A DNA stretch of 64,000 nucleotides from a virus. Made by a program: the position numbers and the translations under genes. Of this stretch, positions 19,068 through 28,954 are shown one piece after another. Numbering within the stretch: the stretch's first letter is position 1; the number at the start of each line of letters is the position of its first letter. Where the stretch lies: the IMG/VR virus record IMGVR_UViG_3300035698_024280. One strand, 5' to 3'. A model generated the notes under the pieces. It was not told the DNA's origin, did no database searches, and saw nothing but the letters and a program-made list of their open reading frames with translations.

Positions 19068-19953
19068 CGTTTAAGCTTGCAAGCAATTTTGCTACTTCAG
19101 GGGGAAGCTCTTCATCTTCTGGTTGCTCAGGTGGCGCTGCATCAGCGACTTGTGAATTTGCAATTGCTGAATCCACTATAGAAGCGTTTGGTGTATCTGA
19201 CTGACCTGGCGATGCAGGCTGATCAGGTTGATCTTCGGTATTATTGCTACCACTAACCAAAAAATGCTCAGTCCACATAGCCTCAAGATCTTCAAACGAT
19301 TTAATCTGGAATACGGATGAGAGATCAAACCCTCCCCCATAAATTTTTTCTATTTGATCGTCTGAGAGTTTTAAATCACCATCCGCAGTTGTAAATCTAG
19401 ATGAAACGTAAGTTGGATATTCTCCTTGCTTCTCTACTTTTATTTTAAAGTTACAACCGTCGGGCGATAAATCAAATATTCTACCACCGAATTCAACAGA
19501 ATCTTCACCATCAATCGCCTCACGAATGATCTTATCTACCTGCTTACCATATCTGAGCATTTTTACTTTCCCATTATTATCAGCATCAGTAGGATCATCA
19601 ACAATATAAGCGTTAATAAGCCATTTTTCACCCCGCTTAACTTTTGTGACTTTTGCCTTATCAGATTCCGAACCGTGCTTATAAATTTTAAAGCGATTCT
19701 CTAAAATAGGGTCCCGCTCCTCAAAAGTAGTAGGTGATACGTATTGTACATATTGCCCAGTAGCAAATGATTCCCACCCTACATTAAAATATCTGTAAAA
19801 TGTATCAGATGGGGTCTCAACATTAGGTAGTAGCCTAACGGTATATGTATTACCTGGCTTCATTGTTAATATATCGCTAAAGTTACTCTTGGACTCTTGA
19901 GATGCAAGGGCCCCCTTTATGCTATCGAACATGGATGAATTGAATTGCTTCAT
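19060..19953 (-). CDS. 32: Single-stranded DNA-binding protein, gp32-like
   Basis: GNTYTVRLLP, aromatic OB-fold motifs, YGKQV..II, FDLSP.GCNF.IKV, YPTY.SS.F, acidic tail. Confidence 0.9.
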   Translation of the reverse strand: MKQFNSSMFDSIKGALASQESKSNFSDILTMKPGNTYTVRLLPNVETPSDTFYRYFNVGWESFATGQYVQYVSPTTFEERDPILENRFKIYKHGSESDKAKVTKVKRGEKWLINAYIVDDPTDADNNGKVKMLRYGKQVDKIIREAIDGEDSVEFGGRIFDLSPDGCNFKIKVEKQGEYPTYVSSRFTTADGDLKLSDDQIEKIYGGGFDLSSVFQIKSFEDLEAMWTEHFLVSGSNNTEDQPDQPASPGQSDTPNASIVDSAIANSQVADAAPPEQPEDEELPPEVAKLLASLNDD

Positions 19954-19987
19954 ATTATAATTATAATTGCTTTTATGTGGTTATCAA
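19951..19987 (-). promoter_or_regulatory. sigma70-like promoter TTGATA-N16-TATAAT-N6-ATG
   Basis: -35 19982-19987, -10 19960-19965. Confidence 0.7.
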
Positions 19988-20629
19988 CTTTTTAAGTATC
20001 AGTTTTATTGTTTTTTTTGCTATTTTGTTGTTTAAATATTTAAATCTACATACTTCAATTCGATCGAAGAAGTCGTCGCCAAACATAAGACGCACTACCT
20101 CTATATCGCATCGTTGTATCATCTTACTAAATTCGTTAAACTCTAGTAGGGCATATATCCATACTCGCCTCTCTTTGATGTGCTTAATAGTAGTTGGTAT
20201 AGTTCCAGACATCTCATTAAAGTAATCACTAACAGTTATTTTATGTTCCATACAGTATTTATTAATAAATCTAAGAGATGAAATTACTCTCTCTAAAATC
20301 TCAGGAGCATCTGGTGGTAATGATTCTAAATACTTCATATACCTCATATATGAATTCATGGACTTCATTGAGGCAAAATATTCCAAATTTATTCGAATTG
20401 ATCTATCTTCATAAAATGGGGCATAAAAAAAGTCGGATAGAGATATCCAGGGAAACTGAGTCAATTTTAAGGAAATCTTACGACAATACATTAGATTAAC
20501 TTCCGGGAATTTATCGAAATTTAATCTGGGTCTCCAGGGCTTATTTTGTACACCTCTAGTAGTTGATAAATATGTATTATAAATTTGTTTCTCAAAATTT
20601 GTTATTTTATCACCAGTTCCTGCGGACAT
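19973..20629 (-). CDS. Hypothetical helical protein; gp59 (helicase loader)-like by size and position only
   Basis: 218 aa directly upstream of gp32; no diagnostic motif recognised. Confidence 0.55.
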   Translation of the reverse strand: MSAGTGDKITNFEKQIYNTYLSTTRGVQNKPWRPRLNFDKFPEVNLMYCRKISLKLTQFPWISLSDFFYAPFYEDRSIRINLEYFASMKSMNSYMRYMKYLESLPPDAPEILERVISSLRFINKYCMEHKITVSDYFNEMSGTIPTTIKHIKERRVWIYALLEFNEFSKMIQRCDIEVVRLMFGDDFFDRIEVCRFKYLNNKIAKKTIKLILKKLITT

Positions 20630-20901
20630 TTATTCAGATATTTTGAAATATATTTACTTTTAGATAAAGAGGGATCGTATTGTATGAATCTCTTAAATGT
20701 ATCATAGTTAGTATCAATTCCAGTCATGGCTTGGAATAACGTTCTATAATTCTTATTCTCTAATAATAATAGGAATATATTTGGAAGATTCAACTTTTTA
20801 TTATGTAAAATACAAACAAAACTGCAGAAGCATAAGAGTTGGTGATCACTCTCAGCGAAGTTAATACTGTCTATCGGATTAAATGTATTTCTTGGAATCA
20901 T
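20602..20901 (-). CDS. Hypothetical protein
   Basis: Overlap-coupled in the operon. Confidence 0.55.
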   Translation of the reverse strand: MIPRNTFNPIDSINFAESDHQLLCFCSFVCILHNKKLNLPNIFLLLLENKNYRTLFQAMTGIDTNYDTFKRFIQYDPSLSKSKYISKYLNKCPQELVIK

Positions 20902-21770
20902 ATCGGTTTAAGTGTTTTACAAAAGGTAAAAAATGTATCGGTTAAAGTGCCTCCGGCGGCGGCCTCATGCCCCCCTCCTGCTGCTAATTTACTAGCTAAT
21001 TTATTAACTGGTATGTTACATTCTTTAGATCTTCTAAATGATACAGTCCCAGAATTTGGGTTAACTACTATACCAATATCAGCAGAATGGGTTTCAATTA
21101 TATTATGCGCCACATCATTAAGACCGAATGATGCAACTGTTGAAACTACCTTTACATTTTCGTCACCTATAGTTACTTGACCGGTATGTATTTCTAGCCC
21201 CTCAATAGTCTCTTTTAGCTTTACATTATAAAAATTAATTATATTACTATGGGTATATGTAAATCCGGTAAATCCATTATAGAAAGCATCAGCAAATTTC
21301 TGAACGCGATTGCCAGAAAATCCCCAAAACAATTTATTTAGATCTGCGGATAGTTCATATTTTAATTGATAGCTATCATAATCATCAACTAGCTCAATAA
21401 GTAGCTTCTGCTCTTTAAACAGAGATAATGAATCTTTAAAAAACTCGTATATTAGCTTAGTTGTGGATCCTGCCTCTTTTATTATAGTTTGGGCCTTTTT
21501 ATATTTACCGACATGCTCCATATGACTATCGTGATGGTCAAATATAAATATATTATGCTGGTCGACTAGATCCATACACCCACTAACATCCATATCACAT
21601 ATAAATATTTTATTATATTTATGGCCTTCATGATTATACCAACTTTTAAAATCTCTCTCAAAAGTCTTACAAGTAGTTACCTTGGTGGGTGCTGATTTTC
21701 CCATAACCCAGGAGAGCATTAAGCTCGCTCCAGCACCATCTAAATCTGCGTCCGTCCAAACAAATATCAT
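20898..21770 (-). CDS. DHH/DHHA1 phosphoesterase
   Basis: DADLDG, CDMD, FDHHD, GGGHEAAAG. Confidence 0.9.
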   Translation of the reverse strand: MIFVWTDADLDGAGASLMLSWVMGKSAPTKVTTCKTFERDFKSWYNHEGHKYNKIFICDMDVSGCMDLVDQHNIFIFDHHDSHMEHVGKYKKAQTIIKEAGSTTKLIYEFFKDSLSLFKEQKLLIELVDDYDSYQLKYELSADLNKLFWGFSGNRVQKFADAFYNGFTGFTYTHSNIINFYNVKLKETIEGLEIHTGQVTIGDENVKVVSTVASFGLNDVAHNIIETHSADIGIVVNPNSGTVSFRRSKECNIPVNKLASKLAAGGGHEAAAGGTLTDTFFTFCKTLKPI

Positions 21771-21801
21771 TATAAATTATTTATATATACATCCTAAAAA
21801 A

Positions 21802-23133
21802 TCAACTATCTGCTAACATTTTAAAGCTATTATATATATCATTTTCTTCGCCATCAATAGGTAGCAAATCTGAGTCGACTAACTCACTAAGAGTTAGTGT
21901 AGTGTAGTCAATTTTAAATCGAGACGATCCGATTGCTCTACCAAATCGGTTTTTCATTACCCCGACATGTATAGTTTCATATTCAACATCTTCTTCATCC
22001 TGCCATAAGCTAGCTATAAAATCTGAAGTGGCTGCAACCCCTACTGATTCAGATAAACTATTCATACCTGGTTTTTCCTCATCCATCCCCCCTCGGTTTA
22101 ATTGTGTAGCTGTAATAATAGGGCATTCGTAAATATAACTCATCGCTCGAAGCTGTTCAATTATATCTTTAACTCTCTCATATGAATTAGAGCCGTTAGT
22201 AGAGTGGAGTAAATTTAGATAGTCAACTACAATAGCATCAAAGTTGATGCCAGTAGATTCCATTTTTTTAACAAATGCAGATAACTGTTTTGTTGTTACA
22301 GTTGATGGGGGAAATTCTTTTATAAATATTCGACGATCTGGATGACTCTCATTTATTTTATTTATCTCTCTTTGCATTGCGGTCGTCGAACTTGGTAGTT
22401 CTGATATAGGTATTGCTGTAATATTAGAACACATTCTTTTTGCATATACCATTTCCGACATTTCTAACGTAACAACTAAAACGTTTTTATTTTTAGTAGA
22501 TATATTATTAGCTATGTTGCCTAAGAATATGCTCTTACCTACATTAGGTCTACCTGCAAAAACATATATAGCACGACCCACTTTTTGAAAACCTCCCCCT
22601 AGCATCTCATCCATCCAATCCCACCCAGAAGATATTACTGGGTCTTTCTTTGTAAGATCTTCTGCAATTTTATCAATATCACCAAATACTTCAATGCCGT
22701 GATCAGTAATAAGATTTATATTACACGCGTCTTCAAATTTTGTAAGTATGAGTGATGTATCTGCATCACCATCACTTATAGTTTTTGCAGTTTCAAGTAG
22801 GGTATTATAAACTCTACGTTCTTTAATAAATTGTTCTGTATTTCTTATGAGCTCTTCATTATTGAATTTTACATCTACATCCTTAACTTGCTCTATAGCA
22901 GATTTAAAGGATTTAATAAGCTCTTCGGTAGTAAGTAGAGTTTTTACTTCGGTTAGACTAGGGCAAGTATTATTCCTATCATGAAAATCAGATATAACCC
23001 CTATAATGTCACTAATATGCCGATCTTCAAAAATATCTGGAGTTATAAAGTCTATGACTGCAGCCAAATAACCCTCGTTAGTTAGAGCTCTGAAGAGAAT
23101 AACTCTCTCCATAAAATTATGATCAATCTTCAT
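21802..23133 (-). CDS. 41: Replicative DnaB-like helicase gp41
   Basis: GRPNVGKS, TLEMSE, IVVDYL, TATQLNR, SESVG, KNRFG. Confidence 0.95.
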   Translation of the reverse strand: MKIDHNFMERVILFRALTNEGYLAAVIDFITPDIFEDRHISDIIGVISDFHDRNNTCPSLTEVKTLLTTEELIKSFKSAIEQVKDVDVKFNNEELIRNTEQFIKERRVYNTLLETAKTISDGDADTSLILTKFEDACNINLITDHGIEVFGDIDKIAEDLTKKDPVISSGWDWMDEMLGGGFQKVGRAIYVFAGRPNVGKSIFLGNIANNISTKNKNVLVVTLEMSEMVYAKRMCSNITAIPISELPSSTTAMQREINKINESHPDRRIFIKEFPPSTVTTKQLSAFVKKMESTGINFDAIVVDYLNLLHSTNGSNSYERVKDIIEQLRAMSYIYECPIITATQLNRGGMDEEKPGMNSLSESVGVAATSDFIASLWQDEEDVEYETIHVGVMKNRFGRAIGSSRFKIDYTTLTLSELVDSDLLPIDGEENDIYNSFKMLADS

Positions 23134-23168
23134 ATGTATATTATATGATATACTATTGTATAAATCAA
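23131..23168 (-). promoter_or_regulatory. sigma70-like promoter TTGATT-N17-TATAAT-N6-ATG
   Basis: -35 23163-23168, -10 23140-23145. Confidence 0.7.
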
Positions 23169-23172
23169 TTTT

Positions 23173-23862
23173 TTAACCCCACTTAGTCAAAAACCATTTT
23201 TTACCGTTTTCAAACTCAGTAGTAATTTTAGATAAGCCTGCAGATTTATGTATTATTGGTATATCACATACCCCTATCTTTAAACCTGCTTTATTGCAAT
23301 CCAAACAAAATGCTAAATCGTAAAAATGAAATTTAGCTGGATTGGATTCATCAAATCTAACTCGTTTTAATGATGATTTAGTAGCAGCAATAAATACACC
23401 ATCTATTAGTGTTGCTCTTTGGTTTAAATTTCCGAAAGTAGTCATATTATAAGGCTCATGTTCATAAGGGTTGGGGTTTGAACTATGAGCAACACACCCT
23501 AACAAGCTTTCTCTCGGAGCCATTAAATGCCATAGTCCAGGCTCTTTAATCTCTGCAGTAGCTGATCCAGCAACACCTACTATATCAAATTTAGCAAAAT
23601 AAAGGCCTAACTTATAGTGTATATCCTTACAGTTAAGATAAACATCATCATGTACAAATATAAATGCAGTATCATCTTCATATTTATCTAGAGATGTATC
23701 AATAAATTTATTATACTGAGTTGATAAACCTGATGTATTATGTGGTATTTTATAAATTTCATAATTTTCTATATTCAGGTCTTCAATACTCCTTTCAATT
23801 AATGTCGGGTTACTCTTATTATTTTTGGTACAGATAATAAACACTACTTTTGGTATCTTCAT
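23173..23862 (-). CDS. Glycosyltransferase-like protein (GT-A, GT2-like)
   Basis: FVHDDV, IVGVAG, IDGVFIA, FHFYDL.FC, IIHKS.G. Confidence 0.8.
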   Translation of the reverse strand: MKIPKVVFIICTKNNKSNPTLIERSIEDLNIENYEIYKIPHNTSGLSTQYNKFIDTSLDKYEDDTAFIFVHDDVYLNCKDIHYKLGLYFAKFDIVGVAGSATAEIKEPGLWHLMAPRESLLGCVAHSSNPNPYEHEPYNMTTFGNLNQRATLIDGVFIAATKSSLKRVRFDESNPAKFHFYDLAFCLDCNKAGLKIGVCDIPIIHKSAGLSKITTEFENGKKWFLTKWG

Positions 23863-23866
23863 AAAT

Positions 23867-24535
23867 TTATATTAATAGGTAGGGGCTATTTTGCTTAAAC
23901 TGCCCCACTAATATTGGTCCCTTGTTACTTAATTTAAATATCTTGCCTTCTGGGAGTTCATCCCAGCTGCCTCTACTGTCTGTTGAAGAAAAATTCCCAG
24001 ATTTATCAGTATATAATGTTGACCCTTGTCGACTAATATAAATTACACCTGATTTTTTATTAAATGCCCAGATTGCAAATGTACCTTCTAACTTAGATAG
24101 AGCAAGTTCTAACGATTTAACTTCAGTTATGCTATGGTCTCTTGCAGCTATCTTCTGAGCCATTAATGGTATTAATTTAGAATCAACTGTTACAGTATTA
24201 CTGCTATTATATTCCTCTATTATACTTTTATGGTTAGTTATTACTCCGTTATGAGCCACTACCCAATCTCCAACAGTAAAGGGGTGAGTGGATTGCTCAT
24301 CCCATGTCCTATTAATTCCGGTAGGTGCTTGCAGGTGACCTAAATATACTCCATAATCTACGTTCGTGAGGATTTTATCAATCTTACCAACGCCCTGCCA
24401 TTTTTCAATATTATAAATATGCTTATTGTTTAATATTGCGCCTAGATAGCTACCCGCCCAGGGCCCTCTAGAGTAATTGCATTCGTGCAATATTTCAAAC
24501 ATTGATTTATTAAAAGAGCCGTATATTGCGCACAT
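23867..24535 (-). CDS. Class II (Ntn) glutamine amidotransferase; true start at MCAIYG
   Basis: Met-Cys N-terminus, GHLQAPT, HPF, AHNGVI, VDS, GTFA; TATAAATA-N5-ATG precedes 24535. Confidence 0.85.
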   Translation of the reverse strand: MCAIYGSFNKSMFEILHECNYSRGPWAGSYLGAILNNKHIYNIEKWQGVGKIDKILTNVDYGVYLGHLQAPTGINRTWDEQSTHPFTVGDWVVAHNGVITNHKSIIEEYNSSNTVTVDSKLIPLMAQKIAARDHSITEVKSLELALSKLEGTFAIWAFNKKSGVIYISRQGSTLYTDKSGNFSSTDSRGSWDELPEGKIFKLSNKGPILVGQFKQNSPYLLI

Positions 24536-24612
24536 ATCTTTATTTATAACTATTATTAACATAATTATATACAATAGTATTAAAAAATCCACTCAGAGTA
24601 ATAAATATCTAT

Positions 24613-26379
24613 ATGATAAACTGGCAAGATGATATTTTTAATCTATATGTGGAGCAAAAGGGTAGAGTTGGTAGAGATTATACTATAGGTGGGAAAGTGC
24701 CGGAATTACAATCAGTAAAGAAGGATGTAAGAACAGCTGGAATGTCTGTACCTACTAGAGACGCTATGCTATTTATCACACATCTCTTAAATGTTGTTGG
24801 ATCTTTTGATGATGATCTTGCAACTACTATAGAGAGAACGCATAACTCTAAAGCTCGTGGAGAGCTACTAATGCAGGCATTAAATGACCATTCAGAAGAT
24901 ATTATATCGAAGAGAGATCAAATATCTGATAAATATCAAGGAGAATTTACAAAATTTATTAATAGGTCTGCTGTTAATCGCGGTAGGGGTGGTAAGGATA
25001 GTACAGGTAGAAAAGATCAATACCAAGCTCAAGCTGCCGCAAGGGACTTAGCTAAGCAGCAAAAAGCGCTGATGAAACAAATTAAGGTCAGTGGAGTAGA
25101 TACAAGTGTGGCTGATTCGATTGAAGATGCAGTATTAGACTCGATGGAAGCATCTAGGGATAGGACTCTAATATCTATACAGGTTAAAGATTTAGATAAG
25201 CAAGATAAACTAATAGAGGTTATTAAAAATATAGGTGTTGAAGAGGACAATATAGGCATTGATAGAATGGGAAATGGTAATGCTGTTATTGACTTCTTTC
25301 TACCAATCGGGGATCCAGCTGAGGTTCAATTTTCGTCGATGGAGCAGGAAGATTTAGACGAGCTGTTCGGTCAATTTAGCTCATCTGGTGTAGCGATGGT
25401 CGAAGTACTACCACCAGATAAAGAGATTGATAATGCTATATCGTCACTTGGTGATGAACTCCAGAAGAATAATAAACCTACCAGTGATGAAAGCGATGGG
25501 GAAGATGAAATTGAAGATATACCGGTTAGTAATATAGACGATATGGAGTTTGATCCTGAGACTTCTGGAGATGCGCAATTTGCAGATATAGAAGATACTA
25601 GAGATAATGAAGCTGATTCGGAAAATACAAATAGGGATGATTTAGATCAAGGCGATTCAGATGAATCAGAAGATCCAGATAGTGAGTATGATTATGATCC
25701 AATGGATCCAGACGGTGAGAATAACTGGGAGGATGAGGAGGATACATCTAATGCCACATGTGTAGATTGCGAAGGTAAAGGCTATAAAAATTATAAACAT
25801 CACGGAGAAATGGAATTTGATAATTGCAGATCCTGTAATGGTACAGGTATGCCGGGGAATAATCATATAGATTATAGGGATGAAGATCAAGAAGAAACAA
25901 CGGATACCTCCACGGAGGGCGATGAAGCTTGGGAGGCTGTAATTAGTAATGATAATGTATTCATAAATGTATATAAAAGATTTACTGGTACTGAGTGGGT
26001 TGCAGTAGTTAATAATCGCGATGCTAATACAGTGAGTCAGGATATAAATCCTGATAAAGAAACAGCTATAAAAAATGCTATTAGAGATTATACAGGAATG
26101 AAACATTCTACTGAAGTCCATAGTCGCGGGGATGAGGACATGCAGATGCTACATGGTGAGAGTCATAATAAAAATTTGTGCACTAAATGCGGATGTGATA
26201 TTGATGATCCTAACCCAGATTGTGAATGCGACCACAAGCATAAGGAAGAATCAGCTGATATTGATACTGTTGTAGAGTCGAGAATGTCTCCACAAGAAGC
26301 AAATAGATGGATGTTAAAACAGCGTTCAGATCGCATGAGAAATAACATGAAACATGACAATAGGTGGGGTCAAAGGTAA
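24613..26379 (+). CDS. Large acidic hypothetical protein with CxxCxGxG zinc-finger motifs
   Basis: D/E-rich middle; CVDCEGKG..CRSCNGTG; CTKCGC; TAAATA-N5-ATG. Confidence 0.7.
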   Translation: MINWQDDIFNLYVEQKGRVGRDYTIGGKVPELQSVKKDVRTAGMSVPTRDAMLFITHLLNVVGSFDDDLATTIERTHNSKARGELLMQALNDHSEDIISKRDQISDKYQGEFTKFINRSAVNRGRGGKDSTGRKDQYQAQAAARDLAKQQKALMKQIKVSGVDTSVADSIEDAVLDSMEASRDRTLISIQVKDLDKQDKLIEVIKNIGVEEDNIGIDRMGNGNAVIDFFLPIGDPAEVQFSSMEQEDLDELFGQFSSSGVAMVEVLPPDKEIDNAISSLGDELQKNNKPTSDESDGEDEIEDIPVSNIDDMEFDPETSGDAQFADIEDTRDNEADSENTNRDDLDQGDSDESEDPDSEYDYDPMDPDGENNWEDEEDTSNATCVDCEGKGYKNYKHHGEMEFDNCRSCNGTGMPGNNHIDYRDEDQEETTDTSTEGDEAWEAVISNDNVFINVYKRFTGTEWVAVVNNRDANTVSQDINPDKETAIKNAIRDYTGMKHSTEVHSRGDEDMQMLHGESHNKNLCTKCGCDIDDPNPDCECDHKHKEESADIDTVVESRMSPQEANRWMLKQRSDRMRNNMKHDNRWGQR

Positions 26380-26399
26380 TTTTTACACTAAATAATATA

Positions 26400-27059
26400 A
26401 TGAATGATAAAGAATTAATATACGAAAGCTATAAGTCTCTCAATCTAAAGCAGGTGATGCTGGAATCTGCTGCTGATACGTTTATAAGGAACTCTCAAAA
26501 TATTAATACAATTGAAGAGGCAAATGCAATATTAGAAATTCATAGAGAGTTAGTTTCAGAGGGGATACTAGGTGGCTTGAAGTCTATGGGGCAGCGGGCA
26601 GTAGCTGGCGCTTCAAAGGCTGGTGCAAACATTGCTGGTGCTGCAGGTCAAGCTGCTAGGACTGCAGGCGCAGTTGGTAGTGCAGTAGCTGGTCAGATCG
26701 GAGATAATGCAAAAAATATATACCAGTCTGGATCTGATGATCAGAGTGCTCAACAGGTAATTATAAAAGCAAATGCTGCTGCGCAAGAGCTTGCTAATTT
26801 AATAAATTCCGCGATTGAGAAATACCCCGATGTTTTTAGTGGTGGCTCTTTAGGCAGCGGCGGTGATGTTATGAGTCAACGCTTAGGTGATATTATTAAT
26901 CGCTTAGTAGATGTACAAAGTCAAACAAAAGCTAATATGGAAACATCCCAAAATAAAGGATATTTCGGTGGTGTAGGCGATGCTGCTAAAGCAGCTTATA
27001 ATGCACCTCCAGCGTCAGGTGGGATGCCTACATCAGGTAGACAGCCAACTACAACTTAA
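26400..27059 (+). CDS. Gly/Ala-rich hypothetical protein, possible head-internal protein (start re-assigned to 26400)
   Basis: TAAATA 26389-26394 then ATG 26400; LIYE/MLE|SA/VSE|GI motifs. Confidence 0.65.
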   Translation: MNDKELIYESYKSLNLKQVMLESAADTFIRNSQNINTIEEANAILEIHRELVSEGILGGLKSMGQRAVAGASKAGANIAGAAGQAARTAGAVGSAVAGQIGDNAKNIYQSGSDDQSAQQVIIKANAAAQELANLINSAIEKYPDVFSGGSLGSGGDVMSQRLGDIINRLVDVQSQTKANMETSQNKGYFGGVGDAAKAAYNAPPASGGMPTSGRQPTTT

Positions 27060-27813
27060 AAATATATGTCTCGTAGTCTATTAAGCCTACACCTAATTCG
27101 TTATATTTGTCTGTTAACTTTCGCTGATCCTTATATATTAAAGGGTCAGCGAATCCAGCATCTATAAACCCTTGCAATCTTAAAGAGCTGCTAGCGGTAG
27201 TATAATCAGGTAAATTTGACCCATCATAGCAGGTCCATGTCTCGCTGAATTTGACTTTATGATTTATACCTTCTCTTACAATATCTGCCTTAGACATCTC
27301 AATTAATGGGGCTTCTACAACGACTGGCGAAGCTCTGTTTAGATTTAATATATTATTTATACTATCTAAGAACTCAACAGACCCGTCCCAGTAGCCAGCT
27401 AACGAATCAGCCTGAGCTGCGCCATGCCATATTGTGGTAGCTCCTACAGCTTCAGCCCTAGCGGCAGCTATACTAAGAAATAACATATTTCTATTTGGTA
27501 CATACGTTTTAGGCTGCGCTTCGCCTTGAATATCTCTTATATTAGGAGTATCTATACTATCATTTGTAAGCGAACTAGTAGGCGCAAGCTCTTTAAGGAA
27601 CCTTATATCTAAAACCTGGTGATATACCCTCTTATGTTTCTTTCTAGCATACCCTATTTGCGTTTCGGCGCAGGTAATTTCTTTACTATGTCGCTGCCCG
27701 TAATCAAAAGTAATACAATATATTTCATCGAACTCTAATAAGGCCTTGTGTAACAATACTGTACTATCCATCCCTCCAGACATAGGTAGTACTAATTTTT
27801 TTATTTTACTCAT
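27049..27813 (-). CDS. queC: 7-cyano-7-deazaguanine synthase QueC (variant lacking most Zn-binding Cys)
   Basis: SGGMDS, FDYGQRH, YVPNRN, TWTCY. Confidence 0.92.
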   Translation of the reverse strand: MSKIKKLVLPMSGGMDSTVLLHKALLEFDEIYCITFDYGQRHSKEITCAETQIGYARKKHKRVYHQVLDIRFLKELAPTSSLTNDSIDTPNIRDIQGEAQPKTYVPNRNMLFLSIAAARAEAVGATTIWHGAAQADSLAGYWDGSVEFLDSINNILNLNRASPVVVEAPLIEMSKADIVREGINHKVKFSETWTCYDGSNLPDYTTASSSLRLQGFIDAGFADPLIYKDQRKLTDKYNELGVGLIDYETYIFKL

Positions 27814-27825
27814 TTTTTTATATTA

Positions 27826-28590
27826 TTATGGCAGCGATGGGTCTAAACTCCAGGCTTCGACAACATATTTTCTAACATAATCCCAAGGCATCTGAAACGT
27901 TCCTGAATCTCCCCAATTTTCCCCCCAGGAATTGACTACCGTAATACCCTCCTCATCAACCCCATCAACATACACCCAATGATAACCTACAATCGGGTCA
28001 TTTATATTGGGGGTTAATAAGCTTCCGGTTTCTGATGTATAAGTCTCAAATGATGCATGAACTGCCATTGTTATACCAATAGGTAGCTGCTCAACAGCTA
28101 TACAATATGCAAAGTCGTTTTTTGTATTATCGAAATTATCTTTATCAATATGTATTCTATGATATGATTTAAATTTAATAAGATCACTGTCTGGCAATTT
28201 CGGTGGCGCTTCAGAATAATTAGTAGGTGACCAGGTTGGGTTTTCACAAACACCCCTACTTATAAGATTTTTAAACACATCCCTAGGGTATGCTCCTGTA
28301 TTATTTTTCTCCCAACCGTTTGATCGACGCGCCCAATACCATATCCAGAAGGGGTTAAAATCAATATTAATGCCTGTAATTCTTTTATAGGTAGAATGCA
28401 ACATTCCAGCTGTGCCATGACCGGTACACGATCCCCAACTTCCCTGATTTAATATACCGCCCCTATATTCCCTCAGAGAAGATTCAACTATTGGGGTAGT
28501 ACTACCTGCAACATATATTCTATCTCTCTCATCAGGTAATGAGGGCATTACAAATGAGTATTTTTTTCTTAATTTTCTTTTAAAATTCAT
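27826..28590 (-). CDS. Papain-like cysteine peptidase (C1 family)
   Basis: QGSWGSCT (catalytic Cys), GYHWV (His), VNSWGENWGDSG (Asn). Confidence 0.9.
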   Translation of the reverse strand: MNFKRKLRKKYSFVMPSLPDERDRIYVAGSTTPIVESSLREYRGGILNQGSWGSCTGHGTAGMLHSTYKRITGINIDFNPFWIWYWARRSNGWEKNNTGAYPRDVFKNLISRGVCENPTWSPTNYSEAPPKLPDSDLIKFKSYHRIHIDKDNFDNTKNDFAYCIAVEQLPIGITMAVHASFETYTSETGSLLTPNINDPIVGYHWVYVDGVDEEGITVVNSWGENWGDSGTFQMPWDYVRKYVVEAWSLDPSLP

Positions 28591-28907
28591 TGCCCTCTAA
28601 ATTTAAGATTTACTAATATGTCCATCGCTTTAATTAAAATATCTCGATCTTTTTCTTTTGACCAAGCCTCAAGTTTCCATAAAGATGGGTATGCTGATAA
28701 TGTATGGTCTTTATATGCATCAGCAAATAGTTTTATTTTTGTTTTATCTTTTGTAATATACGTCATCTCAGTAATATATTTTGCAATTAAAAAATTATTG
28801 CTAGGCTCGACTGTAGTTTGTACTGGTGGTTCTGGAGTTGAATTGGTATTAATTACACCACAACTCTGGAAAAGACAAATACTAATACAAAATATTAAAT
28901 ATCTCAT
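28587..28907 (-). CDS. Putative lipoprotein
   Basis: MRYLIFCISICLFQS|CG signal with lipobox-like Cys; TATAAATA-N5-ATG. Confidence 0.6.
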   Translation of the reverse strand: MRYLIFCISICLFQSCGVINTNSTPEPPVQTTVEPSNNFLIAKYITEMTYITKDKTKIKLFADAYKDHTLSAYPSLWKLEAWSKEKDRDILIKAMDILVNLKFRGQ

Positions 28908-28954
28908 ATTAGTATTTATAGGTTATTTAAAATATTACTATTATAAAATATACT

